Positions 49,362 to 61,015 of a DNA stretch of 64,000 nucleotides are shown here, one piece after another; within the stretch, counting starts at the first letter, position 1; each line of letters begins with the position of its first letter. A model generated the notes under the pieces. It made no database searches. It worked only from the letters and a program-made list of their open reading frames with translations, and was not told where the DNA came from. This DNA is from Marsupella aquatica (lineage: Eukaryota > Plantae > Marchantiophyta): NCBI GenBank assembly GCA_973895155.1, contig OZ316895.1, positions 4,963,181-5,027,180 on the forward strand, written 5' to 3'. Made by a program: the position numbers and the translations under genes.

Positions 49362-52300
49362 TCAGAACACGCAACACTGTCTCTCTCTGTCTCCCTCTCC
49401 AATAAACTCCCAGATGTGAGCGAGACCAACTAAAATTCCCGTGCGAAGTGAGCGCTCTCCCTAACAAAATTATTGTCCTTCCGCAGGCACGGGACAGGGG
49501 AAGCAACCGGGCGAGGTTCTCAATTGTTTTCAGTTGCTTGCTCGTTAGACATGACAACCGGGAGTCGAGATTGCGCAGAGACGTTCAGGTGACCTGCAGG
49601 AGCCAACCATCGTTGCAGAAATCTTAGTACATCAAATTTAAAGATCACTGAATCAATTCTCGAAAAACCCGTGCACAGACAATTCATATCAATTTCAATA
49701 ATCACAACCTTTACAACATTCCTTCTAATTTCTTTTTCTCTCTTATTTACTGTTTGTGCAGTTGGACAAGTGTATTGGTCCGGAAACAAAAGCAGCCAAC
49801 GACTAGTCAAAACTACATAAAGTCCCAATGGGCTAAGAATCACGAAATGAATTGCAGCCATTTCGACACTGAAGTAGAGGATGAATTAGACAAAATAGCA
49901 GGACTGACTACATTAATTGATGCTAATTCAATTGTTCTGAAACAGGGCTTTAAATGAAGAGGTATCGGCCACAACTTCAAGATGCAGGAGATAGCAAGAA
50001 AAACGAGATTGAGTGGATGGAAAGGGGGAATCGACGGTGCATTTCACTGGCCGCAGCAAGGGACATGGGACACACTGGCAATGAGAGACACTAGACTAGG
50101 AGGGAAATTTTCCATCAGCATTGACGGATGCAAAAACAAAACCAGAAATCCGAAATTGAGTCAAACCGATTCGTTTTTTCGTCTTGGACCAGTCCACCGG
50201 TCCCCGGAGGAAGCATTCAGCAAAGACTACGAAGCGGACGACCATCCCCAAAGGAAAGGGAGGAATAGAAACAGACAGAAAAAGACCAAGTAATTGCTGA
50301 TTTCAAATAGGGCAGGCATGGCCAGGAACATCAAGAAAATCGAAACAATGTGACCAATTGAAGCACCTGGGACAGCAAGGAGAAAGTAAACGGGTTTTGA
50401 GTTTATCAGCTCCCGGCCAGTAAGCTCCATTCAGTGAGCTCCATTCATTGCACACAGACAATCTTCACCATGGAATTTAACAGTGTTGCAGCTGAATTGA
50501 ACTGAACTACCGGACTGCAGGACCCACAAAAACATCATATCCTCCCTTGGAATGGAACAGAACCAAACACTGACCTTCAAATTTTCGAGCCGTGACAATA
50601 GTCAGTCATGGAACGGACACGGCCGAGACCCCATTTCCCCCACAATAGTCCGGTCTTCACAGCCCAGGAAGAGCTCACTCACAGTCGCTCCCAACGAGAG
50701 GGAGCACCACTCGCAATGCGCTAGAGCTTTGCCTAGCTCGGGCACCACCACCCCACAGCTGAAGAGGAGTTCGACGTCACACAGTCAATTCTCTCTAAGT
50801 GCATACTCCGTGGCTTAAACCTGGATAACTGCAAGGAGTCTTGTTCTTCCCTTTTCTCCAGTTGAGTTTGCACTTTTTGCATTTTTAGTGAGTGCAAACC
50901 TGCCCAAGAAACGTTGGCTTCAAGGATACCTGTATAAGTGTAAACCCTTGATAACTGTACATGAACACGTATAGTGTGAGAGCAATTCCATCAAGTTACA
51001 ATTGCTGAGAAGTGCATGGCAATATAAAGTTGCGCTTGTGGGGTAGGGAGGGGATCATGTTTGGGATAGGGATTACATTTTAGGGTGGATGTCACTAGAA
51101 TGTTCAGAGACAAAAGAGCGCATTGGAGGCCCTGTAGCTTTTATCAATAAATGCACAATTCCACAACTTTGCACATATCAAGTAGTGCAACTCCGCATTA
51201 AGTGTACACAGGAGGCTTCATCCCATGAGTGTGCACTGATTGAGAGATGATTGTTGTACAATGATACTTCAATAAGTGCAACCTTGACAAGTGAAACCTT
51301 ATAAACTTAAGCTGGGATGTACTGAGGCGCAGTCTGTGAAGCTTGGTTGGACTTTCTTGAAGTGTCAAACAGTCTCAGATCGCATCTATTACTCTGTCAG
51401 CTTAGTTGTGAATTGTAACCCCTGTTGTAGATGCTCTCCTCACCATTTGTAGCAAGTTGATTTAATTTATCCCCAGTCTTGTGGCATCTGAGTGTTGCCA
51501 GTGCGCAAACAGGATGTTCTTGCCTTATCTTAATATCTATGAGAACAAAGTTTAAGTGTTATTGTTGGCAGTGTACTCAAGGCGTCCATTGGTACGGAAC
51601 GGGCGTCCCCAGTAAAGCACATGGAAAGAAAACAACGACCAAGAAGTGTCCTCCTCTGCTTAGTCTGTGGACACTTTGTAATGGTCGTCGGGCTTAGAGT
51701 TGTTTATAGTTCTCTTGTGTGCTTATGTGGACTTAACCTCTGGTGAGATGAACCATTTATCTCTTGCCCTATTTTCAGTGTCAACTACTAGTGTGTATGG
51801 TGGATGTTGCACATGTGCATGCTATCTTATGAGTAGAGTTCATTTACTCAACAACCTACAATTGATGTACCTCTCTCAAACACAACCTTATAACCTTTGA
51901 CATGAGCTTTTCTGTGCCTTCAACGCCTAAAGGGTTCTGATGTCATAGGTTCCTTTGTCATGTGGGAGTTTCGGATACAACAATGTTGCTAGTTCCTCGG
52001 GGGTTTTCACTTCCATAGAATCGGCACATCACGTGCAATGAAGAATATGGTAGTTTTATTGGTTTTAAGAGAAGACTTTAAAAAAATGGAAGATTTTTAG
52101 GGTCTTTTAAATCCAATTTGGAGTCCTTGTAATCAAAATTTTTGGAATAAAGTTGGAATATTCCACTTTATAAGGTTTAAAAACTAAAAAATTTCTTACA
52201 TTTTAGGGGGTGCAGGGCTTGAAAATGTTGCAGATGATGGGGGGGCTCTATGTAGTGAGACCCCCAAGCCTATTTGAATTTGATGTTGACCTCAGTCTTC

Positions 52301-53671
52301 ATATGACTCTAACTTGTAGCACGTTGGTTTGGGTGCAAAGTTGATTGATTTAAGAGTGGGATCAACATTTTCGTGCAGCTCAAGCCAATGTCAATGGAGA
52401 CATAATGCCTAAGGTCAATTCACATAGCAAACAACCAATATTACTATCATAATGATTCTTCTTAGCACTACATATTGTATTCTATCTTCTAACAATGCAA
52501 GGTCACAAAATTGCCTTGAAACCTTAGAGACAATCAACTGCTGAACTACTCAAGTCATTATATTTGGACTACAGCAGCACCACCTGCCAAGTAGAATCAA
52601 TCTTGGGCCATACTCCCATCCCGGAGCTAGGGAGGGCTCAAGACCAAATACCAGAATCAATCTCAAGATACTCTGTTCCCTAGCACCAGCTCAACTAACT
52701 ACCAAAAACAATTCTAACCTTGTGGGCAATTGCATTAAAGTTCACATTCCTTTGTATTCTTGCCTCATTTTTACTCATCTTAATAATAACTAAAGCAAAA
52801 CCTTTTTACTTCTTTCCCAACAATCATGGTGTACATGGCTCAATTGTTTTTGCAAAACGCCTCCACAAAAGGACTGTCTCCCTTTGAATTGTTGCCCAGC
52901 AGCACCCAACGCTAGGGTAGTTGGGTGGGAAACTAATTTTAGAATATTAATAAACCCAAGGCGCAGTTTTTTGTTTTTTAACGTTAGTTGATTTGGGTAT
53001 TGGATGACACTATACTAGACCACTAAAGTGCCATGGGCACTCAATTTGAGTTGAGAAGAGTACTTTCTCAACTAAGATGAATTGAAAAGTTAACTTTGCT
53101 TTTCTCCTCACTTTTCTCAACAACGAACACTAAGCTTGTTGAATTATGACATCTTCCTTCATGATGATCCAATCATTACTCATACCATGCACACGTAGTC
53201 GACACAATCTCTACGTGGTTCACCTCTTCTCCAAGGCTACGTCCACACGACCACAACAACTTTACTTCACAATAGTCGAACACACAAGCTCTCTCTCTTC
53301 CTCAAGTTGCTTCGTTACAATGAGCAAGCGGGTGAGCAAGCACCACACACCAACGGCTTACACTAGCCCTGGTATATACAAGGTCACAAATGACTAACCT
53401 AACCTTAGCTAAATCCCTAACTGTGGTTAGCCTAAGTGCCGTAACCTATGATTCACTGTCGTGACATATAGTATCGTAGCCATAGTGTATCGAAAACATA
53501 CAAGTCACCGGCAATGCATATGTGCAAGCTGCTAGCAACCAACATGCATAGAAAAAGTCCAATCACATTCCCAAGTGCCAAGAAAAAGCAACTGAGGTGG
53601 TATGTACGTAGTGGAGGTGTAAACCTCTGTATCCCCCCCAGACCACAGTCACAAGGAGGGCTGAGGAAAAG

Positions 53672-56600
53672 TTAGGTGGCATGTGGAGCACAGGAAGGGC
53701 AAAACCATAACCCTTCTGGCACCTAGGTAAGTTCAGGCCACAGGCAGAAAAGATGGTACCCTCCATTGCAATTATCACATAGCAGCATCTGGTCAGCATC
53801 GTCAATTCGCAAACACACTTTGCAAGGGTAGTCCACAGGTGGAATCCAAGTAGAAGTCACAATGGTGGGATCCAGGTTAGGCAGATGACAAGGGGCGCAA
53901 TTCTTGGCATTGTCAGCAATTGTGCGCCCATCTGCCCCTTGTAACTCTAGCACTCCAGACGATCGAATAGCTTTAACCGTGAGAATAGTACGACTGGTAG
54001 AGGTGTCCAGGGTGTCGTTAGCTTGCCGCTGCAAGTACACAAAATCTGCCACATCAAACTTCCTGACCTTGGGCTGAAAAGTGCCCCCTCGTGTGTGTGC
54101 ATAACGCAGTGTGTCCCTATGTTGTGCAATGGCCAAATTCTCCATGGCCATGGGCATAACCCTCTTGAATAGGACAGCCCTCTCAGAGATCACATCAGAC
54201 CAAGTCATAGCTGAATCCAAGTCCACCACCTGAAGCATGTGAGCAGCAATAGCAGAAGGTGGAACTGGGTGACGACCAAACAACAAGAAGTAGGGAGAAA
54301 AGTTAGACAATGATGCATGTCTAGACATCCTATACCCCATGGCAATGTAGGGTAAGGCCAGGTCCCAAATCCTCCTTGTTTTTGGTGAGGCAAATCTTCC
54401 GGAGACCCTTCTTGCATGTCTGAACCATGCGCTCTGCCAAGCCATCTGCCTGTGGGTGATCTCGTGATGTCCGGCGATGATCAATGAGGGCCTGATCAAG
54501 CAGCTCCTGGAACTCTCCTCTAAACTCTGAGCCCTGGTCAGTGAGACATTCTGCACAAGCTCCAAAGCGGTTGAGAACTTGTTGCAGGAATGCCTAGCTG
54601 GTGCTACGGGAGGTCTTATCCGGCAATGCCACAAGTTCTATCCACTTGGAGAAATGCTCTATCATGATCATGATGTAGAGATTACCCCGAGATGTGAGGG
54701 GTAATTCTCCAGCCAAATCACATGACCAACGATAAAACATGCCCTGAATAGGGAGTGGATGAAGTGTGGGTTGTCGAGATGTGAAAGAAGTCCTTACCCT
54801 ATCACACTGCTCACACCGGGCAATAACATCTCGAACCTGGCCATGCATGCCTCTCCAATGATAATGAGGGACCAAGAGGCTGTAAGTCCTCTTAACGCCA
54901 AAATGACCAAGCTCAGAATGTACCTTGCGGATAAGGCCAACCCTCTCATGAATGGGTGGAACCACCACTTCCCTATCTGGCAAGCAGCGCACAAGATGAT
55001 CTCCCTTCCACAAGTAGCGCTTGGACCTTTGCTGAATTCGGTCTCTCTGGGCAGCAGTAACATGGGTGGGGTACTCCCCATGCTGCAGAAATCTCAGAGT
55101 GTCGATGTCCTCCCATATGTCCACCACAGGTTGGTCAACAACATAGCATGGCAGCAAAGCAAGATAGGTAGATGCATGAAATGTAGGCAGGATGGAAACC
55201 TGGTCAAAATCCTGTCATGCATCTGAGGAATCATCAGAGGCAATCAAAGGGCTGCGGGACATAGTGTCAGCATTTTGATGTGTCACACCAGGCCTATGAA
55301 TTACCTCAAAATCATACTCCTGGAGTATGAGCACCCAACGAGCAAGCTTGCCAGTAAGCTTGTCGTTGGTCATCAACCACTTCAAGGGCTGGTGGTTGGT
55401 GTAGAGGACAAACCTGGTCCCATAGAGGTAGGGCCTGTAATGTATGACAGCCCACACAACAGCAAGGCATTCACCCTCATACGAAGAATAATGACTCTCT
55501 ACTTGATTGTTGCTCCTGGATGCATAGGCAATGACGTACTCTTTACCTTCCTCATCATGCTGGCCCAGAATGGCACCAATCCCAAGGGCACTCCAATCTG
55601 TGTGGAGCACAAAGACCTTGCTGAAATCAGGTCTTCTCAGCACCGGGTATTCTGAGAGCTTCTCCTTCAAAGTGGCAAATGCTGCCTCAGCATCTGTACT
55701 CCATGTCCAAGTCACATTCTTTTTCAACAAAGCATACAATGGGTGTGCAATGGTGCTGAAATCTTTGATGTAGATCCGGTAGTAATTGCACAACCCAATA
55801 AAACTCCTCAAAGTGTGAACATCGGTAGGAGTGGGCATTTCCAAGATGGATACCACTTTGGCCCAGTGAGCCATGGTTCCATTTGGAAGAATGCGGTGCC
55901 CAAGGTATACTACTGATCTGACAGCAAATTCACACTTCTTGGGGTGTATCTTAAGGTTCACCTTCTTAAGCCTCATGAATAGTTCCTCGAGGTCAAGTAG
56001 ATGCTGGTCAAATCCTTTGCTGTGGACCAACACATCATCAATGTAGCATTTCAGAAACTCAGCACCTTGAAGAACCTGGTCCATGACTCTTTGAAAGAAT
56101 ATGGGTGCATTCTTCAAGCCAAATGGCATCACCAACCACTCCCATAGTTGGTTACTACCATGGAAAGTTGTTTTCTTGCGGTCCTTTGCAAGCAACAAAA
56201 TCTGGTTAAAGCCTTGCCTTAGATCCACAAGAGTGAAGATGTCTGAGTCTCCAATGCTGTCAAATAGCTCCTCTGGCCGTGGCATGGGGTACCTGTCCTG
56301 GGGTGTGACCAGGTTCAGTGGCCTGTAGTCCCCACACATGTGCTTCTCTGTCCATAATCCACTGGAATCCTTCTTTGCTGGCATCACTGTAGCTGCTGCA
56401 AAATCTGATGTAGATGGCTGAATAAGACCAGCTTCATATAACTCTTGGCACCTCTCATCCACCAGCTGCCACTCATGCTTACTCAAACGATGTCTCCGCC
56501 TGAAGATAGGTGTTTCATCAGCCAACTCAATGGAGAACTGCATGGTCTTGCACTTACCCAAGTCCTTCATAGAGAAAACAAACACGTTCTCATGCTTGAG

Positions 56601-59600
56601 GAGCAAATTCAGCAGCTGGTCCTTCTGTCTTTTACTCAGGTGGTTGCCCATGATGAACGTGTAGTTGGCAACACTAGGAATAGGACCTGATGTACTCGTG
56701 CTTGAAGAGCCAGAAGTGCTAGCCTCTCCACTGTCCAAGCTACTAGCATGCTGCTGATAAGGTGACGAGGCCTCGCCAAGGCCTGTTGTATCTGTTGCTC
56801 TGGTCTGATCCACACCATGAAACTCAGAAATAATATCAGCCACGTTACAAGGGACCTCCTCCCCCCCAACACTTGGACTGAAGAGGTGAGTGTTGAATAG
56901 AGGTAAGTGCACTTGGTCTGGATGCCATGTAGTAGCACCATGGAGTGGTAGGGCTGGAACTCCTGATGCTGGATGAATGTACATCTGAAAAAGGATGCAA
57001 GTGACCAGAAGCCAAGTGAGAGCATTAAGATCCATTACCCTGCCAAGTAAAGCATTCCTGGCCAGCTTGGTGATTTTGGTGTGGCATGTAGTACCGGGTT
57101 GGAAGCCCATAGCCCGTTCTCTCTCCTCAGGACTAGGTTCATCCCATGTACCGGTAGAATGTCGGTAAACCAGGCCAGGACCATCACCCTAAAAAGCATG
57201 TGCACCTGGAAAGGACACAAATGTAGGCCAAGCAGCATGGGGCTGTCCAATGGTATTGGCTGGATACCAAGGTGCTGGCTCTTGCTGTGTAACTGGTTGG
57301 CAAGAACTATCAGGATCCAAAATCTGGTCCATTGTGAGGTTAGTGTCCATGGATGTGTGGTGAAGAGCTAACTCCAACAAGGAAGGTGGTGCAAGGTTAG
57401 TCCAAAAGTTACGAAGACGATGTGCATAATAACCACAGTGCACTGCATCAATGAGAAGGGGTGGTCCCAAGTAGTGCTGGACCACACTGAAATCCTCTTT
57501 GACCTGTGGTCGCTGGTCAAACTGAGATGGAGTATTCTCAATGATATAACCAACAGTAGGATAGAGGGATTGAGCCCAGGTGAGAATCTGAACCAATGCT
57601 GTGAAAAGGCCAGAACGAGAATCATACAGTCCAGCACCGTGACCAGCAGCTGAAAACCCTTGGCATTCCCAACCAGCTATGATAAAATCAAGGGAGCCAA
57701 GAAGGGTTAAGTGTCGGTGCTGCATGGACAAGCTGGATATCTAGAGGAAAGAAAGAAAATGCAGACTTCCATGCACTGTGTGGAAACTGCTGAGGAAATT
57801 GCTCTTGCCTTTGCCTTGCACCTGGATCAATATCCACATAGATGTACTGCTTCACCACCATGCCAGACTGTAGGAGAGCTTCCAGGCCTGTAGAAATGCC
57901 ACCAAAAAGCTCAAGCAATGTAAGGCCATCCGGAGCAGGAGTCCATGTAATTGGTGCGCTCAAGATTGGGGCTATTGGTTGTCCATTGTGCTGCCCAAGG
58001 TCTTCAAACTTGCGCAATGCAGCCACCAAAGGTCCATGGGCTGCTTGGAGCCGTTGTACCACCTCTGGTTGATGATCCACGTTGCTGGAAAGTGCTACTA
58101 TACGTGCAGCAGCATGTGCAGTAGCCACCTCATCGTCATCCTCCTCAATCCAATCTTGCAATGGGTGGTTGACATAGGTAGCTGTGTGCACTGCTTTCAA
58201 CACACAGTGGTGAGCCATAGGTGTATGGGCACCATGCAAATCAAGTGGAATGTAGCCCAAGTGTGAGCCATCAGTATGCCAATCAACTCTGTAGTATGCA
58301 TGCTCATGCTAGTTGTCAATGGTAAAACCTGGTGGGAACAAAGCCTCCTGGCCAATGAGCACATCATACGTAGTGGCATTGGTAACCAAACATCTGACTG
58401 GGAAATGCAGTTCCTGATCTATACCTCCATTAAAAGTGAGAGTGAGTAAAGTAGAACTCTCACCCAGCACATCCTCCATAGTGCCACTAGCAGTCCGAAT
58501 GTGCCACTTGGATTGTTGTAAATGATCAGTCAACAGTCCCATCTTCTTGGCAAACTGAATGCCCAATATCACTGGTTGAGCACCTGTGTCTAGCATGACC
58601 ACCTGAGGAGTGTGACCCTCCAACTTGACCACTAAATTCCTGTTGTCAACAATGGCAATGGTGGTGGAAACTGAAGTCCTGTCACTAGGCACCACTCTCA
58701 GCAAATGATGAGGTACCTTGTGAAGGGAGTTAGTGTCCATGGTCTTTCCACTCAACAACATAGCCAGGAAAGATGGAGCAGCATGACCAGAATCAAGTGT
58801 AGCTCTGGTCACACAATTAGCAGCAATCGGTACTGGGGCAGCCAAACCAGTGGAAACATGTAAAGGAGAAGAAGAAGGTCCAGTATGTACATGAGATTGG
58901 ACCTCCAAAACCAGTGTCACAAGGGCTGATGAAGAATGCACTGAACCCTCTAGCGCCCTGAGGACAGCTCTAGCATCCAACTGTAAATCATGGCAACTGA
59001 AAAGTGGAGTGGTAAGAATCCTTTGTGCCATACCGGAGGTGAAATGCTCAAGCAGCTCAGGAGAAATAACTCCCTGTGAAATGTCAGCAGCACCTGGTGG
59101 TGGAATGGATGTAGCTGCAGCTCCCCCCCCTCGCCAACAAGGTGCGCTCTTTAGCAAGTGTGAGTGGCTGAAAAGATTGGGGCATGATAGCCCGAGCTCC
59201 CTTGGCTCTAGTCATAGGACCGGCAACAAGACCATCAGCCTGTACAATGCGGCATGTGGGAGCAATACGGGAGGCAACACTGGCCTGCTGGTAAGCAAAA
59301 TAGGAAGGGCAGAATGAATCTGAAAATTCTGTTGTAAGGCCAGGCTATGGAGCGGAGGACAGCACACACTCACCCATATGAGCATCAAATGGCAAGCCAT
59401 AGAAAGAGCGGGGTAGAGGTGTTGAACTGTCAGTGGTGCCTGGGCCAAGGATGGGTTGCACGTGACCAACCGGTTGAGAAGGACCAGCAGAGGCAGTTGA
59501 CTTGCCTTTGATGTTGGCAAGTTGGGCACGTAGGGACTCAACCTCATGAGTCAGAGACTGGAGTTGAGTTGCCTGTGCATTGTGAGTCTCCTTCTTAGCT

Positions 59601-61015
59601 GGTTGCTTCTGTTGCTGCTTGGGCGGTTTGTTCACACTGGATGCTTTGCCACTAGAAGGAGGAGCAGTTGATGCAGTAGGAGCCCTCCTAGCTGGTGGGG
59701 GAGTGGAAGCAAGAGCAGGAGGAGGGGCCTACTGTCGTAGCTGCTGCCTCTCTAGGAATTTGGTAAAACAAACTGCCTCCAAGTGACCCACTTTTCTGCA
59801 AAAATCACAAGACAGATCCTCAGCAACAATATCACAGTCATTAGCCTTGTGATTGGGGTTACCACAGTAGTTGCAAGATGGCAGCATCAAAGCAGCATGG
59901 GCTGGCTTGGTCTTGGAACCATACTGTGGCACACGGGAAGGGGTGGCCAGTGTAGGGGCAGCAACCTGGTACCTGGATCGCGGTGGACGTGCAATACTGG
60001 CCTCATAATGTGCATGGGCCAACTCAAGTTTCTCAGCAGTGTCATAGACATTGAGCAGGGTGTAGCTGTCTCCAAACTCTGAGAATACTTGCTGTAACAC
60101 TTGCGAATGGAGACCTGGTGTGCCCTCCAATGCGCGAAGATAGCGATGAGCAGCTTCCAAGTCAGTGATGCTCTGGGTGTCCTCCTTCAGCTTGAGAAGC
60201 CGGCGATACATCATCTTCAAGGTTTCATCGCGCTGCCTCACAAAGGTGGCCAATTGCATGATTTTGTCAGCACTCTTGATTGGGAATTCCAATTCAAGAA
60301 CCTGGAAAAACTCAGCCACTGGATCAGCAGAGGCAGGGGAATCAATGGTGGGAGAAATGCCTGATAAAGCCTGCGCCAAGACAGTGGGAGTAACTGGTGC
60401 AGTGGTGGGAACTGGAGTAGGAGGGAAAGTGGCAGGAGCAGCAGCATGGGCTTCAATGGCATTCTGTAATGCCAGTTGTGAGGCAGCTGCAATTGCAGTG
60501 GCATAGGCAGGGTTAGGCAATTGTGTGACAGCAAGCAGCCGTTGAGAGTGCTGCTCATACACATCCAAAGCCTCGTGGTGCACATACCTGGCTAGCTGCT
60601 TAAATGCAAATGCATTTGTGAAATTGCTGCCGTACTTCAACTCCAATTCGTAAACGACAGTATAGAAAGTGGATTTGAACTCACGCAAAGAAACAGTGCC
60701 TGGCCGCCCACTAAAGCGCTCAATGCGGCCAGATGAGTGACTGGCATCCATGTTGTATGTCGGTGAAGCTGGAACAATCACTGATGCAGAAGGAGTAAAG
60801 GGCAGAGAAGCGATAGCAGGCTTCGGGGTAGTGGTAAAGCGACCGCCAAATGTAGCAGAAGGATTGCGTGGTGTGGGTGCTGCTGCTGTCTGCTGGCGTC
60901 GTCGAAATTGCCGAGACTCCAATGAAATTGACACCAACGGTCGTGGATCACTCCGTAAGTGGTACCGGGGTGTCGGTGGCGATGAGCTGCTACGACTCGG
61001 CTCCTCTGCTGACAT
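53672..61015 (-). pseudogene. Disrupted gag-pol of copy A3
   Basis: ORFs 59729-61057 (Gag), 58309-59157 (PR), 57189-58260 (DNMT pieces), 55215-57110 (RT/RH), 54594-55157 and 53723-54634 (IN, PHD). Multiple stops and frameshifts. Confidence 0.9.
57005..57925 (-). other. DNMT3-like domain of A3 (frameshifted)
   Basis: LLELFGGISTG, IIAGWECQG, YIIENTP, AHRLRNFWTN, MGFQPGTT, RNALLGRVM. Confidence 0.87.

Noticed and set aside
49500-53130. Short ORFs upstream of CCB1
   Set aside because: No recognisable protein similarity or consistent exon structure.
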